17,302 nt of DNA from Caldisphaera sp. (lineage in GTDB: Archaea; Thermoproteota; Thermoprotei_A; Sulfolobales; Acidilobaceae). Position 1 is the stretch's first letter. Each line of letters starts with the position of its first letter. The notes under the pieces were generated by a model. The model worked only from the letters and a program-made list of their open reading frames with translations. It had not been told where the DNA came from and searched no databases. Location of the stretch: the NCBI GenBank assembly GCA_049971805.1, contig JBMFKU010000025.1, positions 1-17,302 of the forward strand. Direction: 5' to 3'. Below, piece by piece: positions 7,329 to 16,536 of this stretch. Position numbers and translations under genes: made by a program.

Positions 7329-10300
7329 ATGAGCCAGAAAGAATATATTAAAAGGGTTTTAGTTATAGGTTCCGGTCCAATAAAAATAGCAGAAGCAGCT
7401 GAGTTTGATTATTCTGGATCTCAAGCGTTGAAAGCAGTTAAGGAGGAAGGTATGGAAGCCATTTTAGTTAGTCCAAATGTTGCAACAATACAGACATCTT
7501 ATAGGATGGCAGATAAGGTATATATGGTTCCTATATCTTTAGGCTCAATAAAAAATGTTATTGAAAAAGAAAGGCCTGATGGTATAATGATTAGTTTTGG
7601 TGGGCAGACCGCATTAAATGTAGGAATTGAATTGCATAATAACAAAATACTAAAAGAGTATGATATAAAAGTTTTGGGAACCCCCATAGAAGGGATAAAA
7701 AAGGCATTGAGCAGGGAAAAATTTAGAGAAACGATGATTATGGATAATATACCAATACCTCCAAGCTTTTCGTCAAGAAATGAAATGGATGCAATGTACA
7801 AGGCCAGAAAGTTAGGATACCCATTAATGATAAGAGTGAGCTATAATTTGGGTGGTAGGGGTTCAAGCATTGCTTGGAATGATGAGGAATTAAAGAATAG
7901 CTTAAAAAAAGCATTTTCTCAAAGTTATATAAATGAAATATTATTGGAGAAATATTTGTATCATTATAAAGAACTAGAGTATGAAGTAATGAGGGATTCT
8001 TACGGAAATAAAGCTGTGATAGCTTGTATTGAAAACTTAGATCCTATGGGTGTTCATACTGGAGAAAGTGTCGTAATATCTCCTTGCGAAACCATCGACA
8101 ACAATGAATATCAAACTATGAGAAGCCTATCCATGAAAGTATCTGATTCGATAGATTTGATTGGAGAAAGCAATGTACAGTTCGCTTTAAGCCCTAACAG
8201 TAGTGAAATTTATGTAATAGAAACAAATCCAAGGATGTCTAGGTCTTCGGCTTTGGCAAGCAAGATAACAGGCTATCCATTAGCCTATGTAGCTGCAAAG
8301 CTTGCATTAGGATATAGGCTTTATGAAATTGTAAATAAAATAACAGGTATAACAACTTCTTGCTTTGAGCCAAGTCTTGATTATGTAGCAATAAAAATGC
8401 CTAGATGGGATTTGCAAAAATTTGAAATGGTTGATAAATCAATAGATACTGAAATGAAAAGCATAGGGGAAGTCATGAGTATAGGAAGGAGCTTTGAGGA
8501 AGCCTTTCAAAAAGCAATTAGAATGCTAGATATTAATGAAGAGATATTTGATGGGGAGATTTATAATTCTAAAATGAGTAAGGAAGAGGCTTTATATAAA
8601 TTAAAAGAGAGAAGAGCATATTGGTTTCTCTATATTGCTAAGGCGATTAAAGAAGGATCGTCTGATGACGAGATATATGATGCAACAGGTATAGATAAGT
8701 TTTTCATTAAAAAAATAAGAAATATAGTAATTTTTTATGAAAGTCTTAAGGGTAGAAAAATAGGTGAATTAAACAACGATATGTTGATAGAGGCAAAAAG
8801 GTTAGGATTCAGCGATAAAATAATAGCTAAGGCTTTAAATGTTAAAGAAGAAGAGGTCAGAAGATTAAGAATTGAAAACAATCTGCTTCCTAAAATAAAA
8901 CAAATAGATACTTTAGCAGGGGAATGGCCAGCCATTACTAATTATATGTACACAACATATAATGGGAATGAAGATGATATTAATTTCTCGAAAGATAACA
9001 GCATCTTGATTATTGGTTCTGGAGTATTCAGGATAGGCGTTTCTGTAGAATTTGATTGGGGAACGGTTTCTTTAATAGATTCTCTTAAAAAATATCATAA
9101 TGTATATTTGTTAAATTATAACCCAGAAACAGTATCTACAGATTGGGATATAGCAAAGCAATTGTTCTTTGATGAAATAACACAAGAAAAGATTTTAGAT
9201 ATAGCAGAAAAATCTAATACAAAGAAAGTTGTTGTTTTTTCATCAGGTCAGATAGGTAATAATTTGGCAAAAGAGCTTGAAGAAAAAGGCCTCATAATTT
9301 ATGGTACAACTGGTAAGAGCATAGATGTCGCTGAAAATAGGGAGAAGTTTTCAATTATATTAGATAAGCTAGGAATTAAACAGCCTCCTTGGATTTCAGC
9401 AAGAAATTTAAACGAAGTCTTAAAATTTGTTGAAGAAATTGGATATCCAGTTTTAATAAGGCCAAGTTATGTTTTAAGCGGAGCGAGTATGAAAATAGCG
9501 TATAACTCTAATGAGCTTTTAAAATATATAAGCTCAGCAACAAAAATTTCTCCTAGATATCCAGTTATAATATCAAAATATTTTGAAGATGCAATAGAGG
9601 CGGAAATAGATGCAGTATCTGATTCTAAGGGAGTTGTAGGGGTTTTAAATGAGCATATAGAGGAAGCTGGTATACACAGCGGGGATTCAACAATGGTCAT
9701 TCCTCATAGAAAATTAAACGATGATATTTCAAATGAAATGGGTAAAATTTCATTAGTGCTTTCAAAAGAATTAAATATAAGGGGGCCTTTCAACTTACAG
9801 TTTGTAATAAAGGATTCTGTTCCATATATAATAGAATTAAATTTAAGACAAAGCAGGTCTTTTCCCTTTTCAAGCAAAGCTATAGGTGTTAACTTAATTG
9901 ATTTAAGCGTTAAGGCTATAGAAAGAGGATTGAATTTAGATGATTTTGAACTAATAAAGCCAAAGTCCTGGGCTGTTAAATCTCCTCAATTCTCTTGGTC
10001 TCAATTGAAGGGTGCATATCCAAGCTTAGGTGTTGAAATGAAAAGCACAGGAGAATCAGCAGGCTTTGGTATAACATTTTATGATGCATTATTAAAGAGC
10101 TGGCTTTCAGCTTCTCCCAATAGGATTCCCAATCCAGGTAAGTCGATTCTATTATATGGTATGAAAAATTTGAAGGATTTAATGGAAGCTAGTAAAACCT
10201 TAGAAGAAATTGGTTATAATATATACACAATAGATAAGTTTGAAGTCCATGGAAAGCAATTAAATTATAAGGAAGTTAATGATTTGATATTAAATAAAAA

Positions 10301-10481
10301 GATAGACTTGATTATTTCAGACGGCTATATGATTAATTATGACTATAATATCAGAAGAAATGCAGCAGACTTGAATATACCTATAATTCTTAATGGTAAA
10401 TTAGCTAAAGAAATCTCTATTGCATTTAAAGAAAATTACATATCATTTTATGAAAATAAAGAATATGGAGGAGGGATTTAA
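7329..10481 (+). CDS. carB: Carbamoyl-phosphate synthase large subunit
   Basis: [90 protein letters not shown]: two ATP-grasp halves. ATG directly follows the carA stop. Confidence 0.98.
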   Translation: MSQKEYIKRVLVIGSGPIKIAEAAEFDYSGSQALKAVKEEGMEAILVSPNVATIQTSYRMADKVYMVPISLGSIKNVIEKERPDGIMISFGGQTALNVGIELHNNKILKEYDIKVLGTPIEGIKKALSREKFRETMIMDNIPIPPSFSSRNEMDAMYKARKLGYPLMIRVSYNLGGRGSSIAWNDEELKNSLKKAFSQSYINEILLEKYLYHYKELEYEVMRDSYGNKAVIACIENLDPMGVHTGESVVISPCETIDNNEYQTMRSLSMKVSDSIDLIGESNVQFALSPNSSEIYVIETNPRMSRSSALASKITGYPLAYVAAKLALGYRLYEIVNKITGITTSCFEPSLDYVAIKMPRWDLQKFEMVDKSIDTEMKSIGEVMSIGRSFEEAFQKAIRMLDINEEIFDGEIYNSKMSKEEALYKLKERRAYWFLYIAKAIKEGSSDDEIYDATGIDKFFIKKIRNIVIFYESLKGRKIGELNNDMLIEAKRLGFSDKIIAKALNVKEEEVRRLRIENNLLPKIKQIDTLAGEWPAITNYMYTTYNGNEDDINFSKDNSILIIGSGVFRIGVSVEFDWGTVSLIDSLKKYHNVYLLNYNPETVSTDWDIAKQLFFDEITQEKILDIAEKSNTKKVVVFSSGQIGNNLAKELEEKGLIIYGTTGKSIDVAENREKFSIILDKLGIKQPPWISARNLNEVLKFVEEIGYPVLIRPSYVLSGASMKIAYNSNELLKYISSATKISPRYPVIISKYFEDAIEAEIDAVSDSKGVVGVLNEHIEEAGIHSGDSTMVIPHRKLNDDISNEMGKISLVLSKELNIRGPFNLQFVIKDSVPYIIELNLRQSRSFPFSSKAIGVNLIDLSVKAIERGLNLDDFELIKPKSWAVKSPQFSWSQLKGAYPSLGVEMKSTGESAGFGITFYDALLKSWLSASPNRIPNPGKSILLYGMKNLKDLMEASKTLEEIGYNIYTIDKFEVHGKQLNYKEVNDLILNKKIDLIISDGYMINYDYNIRRNAADLNIPIILNGKLAKEISIAFKENYISFYENKEYGGGI

Positions 10482-11021
10482 TTAAGTTTTGTTTCTTAAT
10501 CTGCTCTTAGCCCAGCCAATCAAGTCGTTATTTTTCATAATTTCCTGTATGAATTCAGGCAATGGATTTATTTTGAATTGCTTATCTTCAATTTTAACTA
10601 TTCCATTATATGAATCTATCGAAATTAATAGGCTTGTGGATTTTATATATGAACCAGTAAACGATAAATTTTTAATTTTCTCATTGATGTAATCAACTAT
10701 TTCGCTTGAAGTAAATATTGGCAGTCCTATGTTTATCGCATTTCTGAAGAATATTCTTGCATAGCTTTTTGCAATTATAGCTCCAATTCCTAAGGCTTTT
10801 ATTCCGCTTGCAGCCTGTTCTCTAGAGGAACCACTACCAAAATTTTTGCCAGCAATTAAAACATCGTTAGGTTTTACTCTTTTTATAAATTCTGATTCAA
10901 CCCCTTCAAAAATATGCTTTGCAACTTCGCTAGGCTCTGTTATCATTAAATACCTTCCAGGTATTATCACATCTGTATCTACATTATCTCCCAAAACATG
11001 TACATACCCTTTTACTATCAT
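10482..11021 (-). CDS. LeuD/HacB/DmdB-family hydro-lyase small subunit
   Basis: GDNVDTDVIIPGRYL, AGKNFGSGSSREQA, AKSYARIFFRNAINIGLP. ATG 11021 follows an SD GGGTGA that overlaps the large-subunit stop. Confidence 0.92.
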   Translation of the reverse strand: MIVKGYVHVLGDNVDTDVIIPGRYLMITEPSEVAKHIFEGVESEFIKRVKPNDVLIAGKNFGSGSSREQAASGIKALGIGAIIAKSYARIFFRNAINIGLPIFTSSEIVDYINEKIKNLSFTGSYIKSTSLLISIDSYNGIVKIEDKQFKINPLPEFIQEIMKNNDLIGWAKSRLRNKT

Positions 11022-11026
11022 TTTAA

Positions 11027-12331
11027 TCACCCATAAACAAATTTAGAAACTTCATTCCATTCTGCTAATTTTCTGGGATCTGTTATTTCTCCTTTTATAG
11101 CACTAGCAGCAGCTACAAAAGCATTGCTTAAATAGACCTTTGCCTTTGAAGAGCCCATTCTTCCTTGGAAGTTCCTGTTTGTTGTTGTGATTGCAATTTC
11201 TTCATCTGCTAGCAGACCCATGTGCAATCCTGCGCAAGCACCGCAGGTTGAATGCGTAACGAAAGCACCTGCATTTAAAAAAGTCTCTATTAGTCCTTCT
11301 TTTAACGCTTCTATATAAATCGATCTTGTTGCCGCAACTACGATTAACCTAACTCCTTTTGCTATTTTTTTGCCTTTTAGGATTGAGGCTGCTTGCCTTA
11401 AGTCAGTTAATGTTCCGTTTGCGCAGTTCCCAATATACACCTGGTTAACAGGTATACCTTCAACTTCTGATATTGGAGAAATGTTACCAGGAGAATGGGG
11501 CTTTGCTATCATAGGTTCCATCTTTGAGATATCATATCTTTTAACCAAATAATAATTGGCATTAAAATCTGACTTAACCAATAATTTATCGTACTGGCTT
11601 AAAAACTTTGATTTAGCCCATAATATTATATTATCATTTGGCTGAAATATACCAGATTTAGCCCCAGCTTCTACAGACATGTTTGAAATATGCATATATT
11701 CATCTACATTAAACTTTAACAAAGCATCACCAGAAAATTCCATAGACATATAAGTAGCTCCATCAACCCCTATATCATCAATTATATTTAATACTAAATC
11801 TTTTCCAGTAACAAAAGGAGGTCTTTTTCCATTTATTTCAAAATTTATTGATTCTGGAACCAAAAACCATAGGTATCCCAAAGCCATAGAAACTCCCATA
11901 TCTGTTGCTCCAAAGCCAGTACCTAAAGAATTAAATGCTCCATAGGTTGTTGTATGAGAATCGCCTCCAATGATAAGTGATCCTGGCTTAATAAAGCCTG
12001 ATTCAGGCAATAATGTATGTTCTATTCCTTCACCTATTTCAAATATATTTTTTAATCCTTGTTTTTTAGCAAAGTCCCTTAACATTTTATTGTTTTGGGC
12101 TGCATCAATATTCGGAGGAGGAGAAAAATGATCTAAAACAATTACTATGTTTTCTTTATTTGCAACTTTTTCTGCACCGATCTTATCGAATTGTTTAATA
12201 GCAACAGGCCCACTAACATCATTTAAAAGAATAATATCTGGACTTGCGAGTACATAATTTCCAGCTTTTGCCTCATCAGAGTCCTTTGTTAAATGATTAT
12301 GAAAAATTTTTTCTGCAATTGTTTTCCCCAT
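11027..12331 (-). CDS. LeuC/HacA/DmdA-family [4Fe-4S] hydro-lyase large subunit
   Basis: KTIAEKI, LDHF, GIEH, GGDSHTTTYGA, NMSVEAGAK, three cluster Cys (GNCANG and CGAC), TTNRNFQGRMG. ATG 12331 follows the SD AGGTGA. Confidence 0.93.
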   Translation of the reverse strand: MGKTIAEKIFHNHLTKDSDEAKAGNYVLASPDIILLNDVSGPVAIKQFDKIGAEKVANKENIVIVLDHFSPPPNIDAAQNNKMLRDFAKKQGLKNIFEIGEGIEHTLLPESGFIKPGSLIIGGDSHTTTYGAFNSLGTGFGATDMGVSMALGYLWFLVPESINFEINGKRPPFVTGKDLVLNIIDDIGVDGATYMSMEFSGDALLKFNVDEYMHISNMSVEAGAKSGIFQPNDNIILWAKSKFLSQYDKLLVKSDFNANYYLVKRYDISKMEPMIAKPHSPGNISPISEVEGIPVNQVYIGNCANGTLTDLRQAASILKGKKIAKGVRLIVVAATRSIYIEALKEGLIETFLNAGAFVTHSTCGACAGLHMGLLADEEIAITTTNRNFQGRMGSSKAKVYLSNAFVAAASAIKGEITDPRKLAEWNEVSKFVYG

Positions 12332-12332
12332 C

Positions 12333-12761
12333 TTATTCACCTTCAATTACCTTTAATGCAGCTTCAGCAACTTCCATGTCTTCTGTATAATGTCCTCCGC
12401 TTACGCCAATTCCTCCAATTGTTTTTCCGTTGATTTTTATCGGAAAACCACCTCCAAATATTACAAGCCTATCAATACCTGTAGTCGCACCCGCTGCAAG
12501 TGGAGGGTCATTTTTTATGAAATCATACCATGTATGTGTCGGTAAATTATATCCTGCAGCTGTGTATGCTTTGTCTATTGCTACCTGTACGCTTAATAAT
12601 GGTGCTCCGTCCATTCTCAAAAATGCTTTTAATATACCACTCTCATCAACAATTGCAATTACAGAAGGTTTTCCAATTTCCAATGCTTTTTGCTTTGCTG
12701 TGTCTATCATCTTAAGAGAAAGCTCGTCGGTAATACTTTCCTTAACAAAGGTTTTCTTCAT
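12333..12761 (-). CDS. GlcG/HbpS-family (DUF336, heme-binding-like) protein
   Basis: IAIVDESG.L..F.RMDGA..LS..VA..KAYTA...GGFPI...G..IGGIGVSGG...EDMEVA signature. Confidence 0.92.
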   Translation of the reverse strand: MKKTFVKESITDELSLKMIDTAKQKALEIGKPSVIAIVDESGILKAFLRMDGAPLLSVQVAIDKAYTAAGYNLPTHTWYDFIKNDPPLAAGATTGIDRLVIFGGGFPIKINGKTIGGIGVSGGHYTEDMEVAEAALKVIEGE

Positions 12762-12767
12762 GGGTTT

Positions 12768-13670
12768 TCACTTCGTTACATATTTCTTTTCTAGTTGATT
12801 AATTTCTGGAAAACCCATGAAATCTATTAATTCGCTAAAATTAACCATCTTTTCAGCTAATTTATTGGATACTCCATTATTTTTTACATCAAATAAAAAT
12901 TCTTTAATAGCCTTATAAGCGGGCGATAATGATGCTAGTGGTATAATAACTAACTTATAACCAAATTTTCTGAGAGTATTTAAATCAACGAGTGGTGATT
13001 TTGCACCAGGTCCTACCCAATTAAACAATAAAGGTATGTTCTTTAATTCCTTAGGTATAGACTCTATTTGTTCCATGGTTTCAGGAGCTTCAACAAAAAT
13101 CATTTCTGCACCAGCTTTATAATATTGCTTTGCTCTTTCCAATGCCATTTCAAAACCTTCAACAGCTATTGCGTCGGTTCTTGCAATTATTAGAAAATTA
13201 GGATCTCTTTTAGCATCTTTTGCAGCTCTTATTTTCTCTACCATTTCTTCCATTGGAATCAGTTCTTTTCCTGTAGTATGACCGCATTTCTTTGGGAAGA
13301 TTTGATCCTCTATGTGCAAACCTGAGACTCCAGCATTTTCATAGTCCTGCACAGTTCTAATAACATTCAATGGATTACCGTAACCAGTGTCTGCATCGGC
13401 GATAACTGGAATATTAACGGAATTGGCAATCCTTCTTGCATTATCTAGCATTTCACTCATAGTTACTAAACCTATATCAGGATATCCTAAAATGCTTGCC
13501 GCAGTTCCAAATCCTGTCATGTAGACAGCATCAAATCCCATAAATTCTATTAGCCTAGCACTAAATGCATCATAAGCTCCAGGAGCAACTATTATTTCTT
13601 TATTTGCCATCAAGTCACGTAAATATTTTGTGGTTTTTTTAGTACGTTTTAATAAAATGTTTTCTACCAT
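12768..13670 (-). CDS. Isocitrate lyase/PEP mutase superfamily C-C lyase (PrpB / 2,3-dimethylmalate lyase-like)
   Basis: APGAYDAFSA, YMTGFG, PDIG, DADTGYG, HIEDQ, catalytic loop KKCGH (13278-13292), IIARTDA, IFVEA. ATG 13670 follows the SD GGTGGGA. Confidence 0.92.
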   Translation of the reverse strand: MVENILLKRTKKTTKYLRDLMANKEIIVAPGAYDAFSARLIEFMGFDAVYMTGFGTAASILGYPDIGLVTMSEMLDNARRIANSVNIPVIADADTGYGNPLNVIRTVQDYENAGVSGLHIEDQIFPKKCGHTTGKELIPMEEMVEKIRAAKDAKRDPNFLIIARTDAIAVEGFEMALERAKQYYKAGAEMIFVEAPETMEQIESIPKELKNIPLLFNWVGPGAKSPLVDLNTLRKFGYKLVIIPLASLSPAYKAIKEFLFDVKNNGVSNKLAEKMVNFSELIDFMGFPEINQLEKKYVTK

Positions 13671-13682
13671 AATAAATCCCAC

Positions 13683-13843
13683 CGATTATTTTATAAATGA
13701 AAACAAAGATAATATGCTTAATATAAAAGAGCTTTAATGACTGAAATAAAAGTTTAACAACTATAATTCTTATTATTATTTAATTCTGATTAGGAGGAAG
13801 TCTATTTATCTCAGTTAAACAGCTTATTAATAGGGGAAATGGA
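13683..13843. promoter_or_regulatory. Divergent promoter region between the lyase operon and the dehydrogenase
   Basis: AT-rich spacer between head-to-head genes; TTTTATAT on the minus strand at 13728-13721. Confidence 0.5.
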
Positions 13844-14707
13844 ATGAAAATTGGGTTAATAGGTTTAGGTGTTATGGGTTATAGGGTCGCAGTTAATTTG
13901 AGGAACTCTAATATGCTTGATTACATATACAATAAAACTGAATCAAAGGCGTTAGATTTTTCCAAAAAATATAATGTTGCATATTTTAAAAATCCAGAAG
14001 AGCTCGCAAAGAATTCAGATTTCATAATAACGGTTTTATCAGATGATAACGCAATATCTGGCATTGTAAAAAAGATTCTACCTTATTTAAAAAATAAAAT
14101 TTTGGTTGATTTATCAACTATTTCTCCTGCAATAAGCATTAGCTTATCTGAGCAGGTATCTTCTTATGGTGGAATAATGTTTGACGCACCCATGATGGGT
14201 ACATCTATAGATGTTGAGCAAAAAAGAGTTACAATAATAGTTGGTGGTCCGAAGGATAAGTTTGATATTGTTAGAGAAGTTTTAAGCAATACATCAAATA
14301 AAATAATTTATGCTGGAAAGAATGGCACTGGATTATATATTAAATTAGCTGGAAATATGATGTTTGCTTCGTTTATGAACGGATTGGCTGAATCCATTAG
14401 CTTTGCTGAGAAGGCTGGAATATCCAAGGAACAAATAACTGATCTTTTCTTGAATATCAGTAGTACGAGAAGTCCTGCAAGTAATTTAAAGTTACCTAAA
14501 ATGTTAAATTCAGACTTTGATATACAGTTTGCATTAAAGCACATGAGAAAAGATACTGAAATAATGGTAAGGGAAGCTCAAAATTTAAAGATTCCATTAC
14601 CTTTAACCTCTTTGGTATCAAACTTATTCAGGATTGCAGAAGGTCTAGGATTAGGAGAGCTTGATGTCTCATCAATAATAGAACTTTACAGAAAAACAAG
14701 AGAATAA
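13844..14707 (+). CDS. NAD(P)-dependent beta-hydroxyacid dehydrogenase (3-hydroxyisobutyrate DH / tartronate semialdehyde reductase family)
   Basis: Rossmann KIGLIGLGVMG, VDLSTISP, DAPMMG, catalytic Lys in GLYIKLAGN, FALKHMRKD. Confidence 0.92.
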   Translation: MKIGLIGLGVMGYRVAVNLRNSNMLDYIYNKTESKALDFSKKYNVAYFKNPEELAKNSDFIITVLSDDNAISGIVKKILPYLKNKILVDLSTISPAISISLSEQVSSYGGIMFDAPMMGTSIDVEQKRVTIIVGGPKDKFDIVREVLSNTSNKIIYAGKNGTGLYIKLAGNMMFASFMNGLAESISFAEKAGISKEQITDLFLNISSTRSPASNLKLPKMLNSDFDIQFALKHMRKDTEIMVREAQNLKIPLPLTSLVSNLFRIAEGLGLGELDVSSIIELYRKTRE

Positions 14708-14787
14708 ATCTTTAACTAAAAATTAAATTAATTTAAAAAATAATAAAAACTTAATACAAAGGATTTTCTAAGGTTAGTTGATGAAAG

Positions 14788-15690
14788 ATGGTGAAATTAA
14801 TAAGTGTTTGGGGCAAGGGAGGAGTTGGGAAATCAACTATAGCATCATCTATAAGCTTGCTTTATAATAGAAAAGGATTTAATACATTGCTTTTATCTAC
14901 AGATCCAACTCCAGCTTCAACTAGAATTCTTTGCAAAAAAGAAGTTAAGACGCCAACAGAGTGCGATGGAGTAAAAATAATAGAGCTAAGTGAAGAAGAT
15001 ATTTTAAGCTTGTGGAAAAAAAGATTTGGAGATGAAGTATACAATGTAATATCATCATTTTTGCCCGTTGATTATTCAATAATAGATTATGTTTCTAGAG
15101 CCCCTGGAATTTCTGATGAGTTTACTCTATATTATCTTTACGAGCTGTTCAAGAGCAATGAGTATGATGTTATAGTATGGGATACGACTGGAGCTGGAGG
15201 TAGCCTAAATTTACTTAAAATTGAAAAGGAATTATATGAGCATATGGGCGATGCTGCTAAACTTTATTTAAAGGTAAGATCGACATTAGAAAAATTAAGG
15301 AAAGCTCAATATGAACCTCTCGAATTAATAAATTCTTGGAGAGAACTTGCTAAAAACATATTTGATATATTGTCCTCTAATGATCACGATTTAATATTGG
15401 TCTCAGAGCCCACTAGTTTATCTTTTTTCGTTACCAAAAAAATTTTAGAAGATTTGAATTTGCATAATATATATACAAGACTAATCATAATAAATAAGGT
15501 ATTTAATGAAAAAATTTGCTCTAATTGCAACTTTATTGATGAATTGGTTAAAGAAAGTAAGGATTCATTGAACTTATTTGATAGCATAAAAGATATAGAA
15601 AAAATCATAATACCATATATTGACAACCCAGAAAAAAGAATTGAAAATATCATTGATATAATAAATGAGAAAAACCAAAAAATATTCTAA
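14788..15690 (+). CDS. Single-domain ArsA/Get3-family ATPase
   Basis: GKGGVGKST P-loop, LLSTDP switch I, APG.DE, YDVIVWDT switch II, IINKV, C-terminal CxxC (CSNC, 15517-15528). Confidence 0.9.
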   Translation: MVKLISVWGKGGVGKSTIASSISLLYNRKGFNTLLLSTDPTPASTRILCKKEVKTPTECDGVKIIELSEEDILSLWKKRFGDEVYNVISSFLPVDYSIIDYVSRAPGISDEFTLYYLYELFKSNEYDVIVWDTTGAGGSLNLLKIEKELYEHMGDAAKLYLKVRSTLEKLRKAQYEPLELINSWRELAKNIFDILSSNDHDLILVSEPTSLSFFVTKKILEDLNLHNIYTRLIIINKVFNEKICSNCNFIDELVKESKDSLNLFDSIKDIEKIIIPYIDNPEKRIENIIDIINEKNQKIF

Positions 15691-15815
15691 AATAAATGAA
15701 AAATTAACATAAAAGAATTATTTAATGGATTTTTGTTATATGAATCTTGTAAAAAATTAATAACAAGATATAAAAATTTATAAGTAAAGAAAATTACAAA
15801 AAACTGGGGATTAAA

Positions 15816-16403
15816 GTGCAAAGTGATGAATATAAAAGAGCTAAAATTAACTCAGCATCTAATTATGGCCTAATTGGATCAATTCTAGTTATACTAGGTT
15901 TCATACCTCGTATTGGTAGTGCATTAGCTATTATAGGATTTATTTTGATATTAATATCATTATATGAGCTATCACAGATATATAATAATAATTTAATATT
16001 TGATAATGCATTAAAGGCATTAATAGCAAGCATTGTGGGATTTATAATAGTAGCATTCGTGTCAGTTTCTGCTCTTTTTACTGCTTTGTCTCACGGGTTT
16101 ACAGCTGCATTGATTTTAGCAATGGTTGCATTCATAATATTTTATCTAATTATATTAGTTTATGGCTACTTCATTAGACAAGCATATGCTCAGCTATCTA
16201 CTGTAACTGGTATACAGAGATTTGAAAGCGTTGGGAAATTTTATTGGTTAGGGGCTGTACTTTTAATAGTTTTTGTTGGAGTTGTTTTAATATTAATAGC
16301 AGATATATATGCTATATTAGCATTTCATGAATTAAATATGAAAACCAGTATTTCTATGCAACCAGCACAACAAGGGAGTATAAGCCAGCCAAGTCAGCCA
16401 TGA
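15816..16403 (+). CDS. DUF996-like multi-pass membrane protein
   Basis: AK...GLIGSIL......IIG.ILILI.L..LS..Y....IF, F......LS..TG...F...G....GA.L.I..VG pattern; about 5 hydrophobic segments; GGGGA SD before the GTG. Confidence 0.75.
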   Translation: MQSDEYKRAKINSASNYGLIGSILVILGFIPRIGSALAIIGFILILISLYELSQIYNNNLIFDNALKALIASIVGFIIVAFVSVSALFTALSHGFTAALILAMVAFIIFYLIILVYGYFIRQAYAQLSTVTGIQRFESVGKFYWLGAVLLIVFVGVVLILIADIYAILAFHELNMKTSISMQPAQQGSISQPSQP

Positions 16404-16536
16404 AATATAATAAATAATGCTAAATAAATTTATGTATAAAGCTTGGTATAAAAATTTTCAAAATTTATCTATATATGTGATAGTAATTAAATTGTTTAAT
16501 ATTTTTGTACATTTTATAATAATAGGGTGATTTCCT

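Noticed and set aside
10482-12331. Assigning the symbols leuC/leuD (leucine biosynthesis)
   Set aside because: The family is clear, but context (no leuA/leuB, coupled to a lyase) and motif variants do not support that specific function.
521-15653. Many 60-122 aa ORFs antisense to or overlapping real genes (e.g. 521-760, 1458-1736, 3813-4106, 4296-4640, 7499-7801, 12430-12798, 15384-15653)
   Set aside because: Shadows of well-supported genes, with I/S/F/L/P-rich antisense composition and no motifs.
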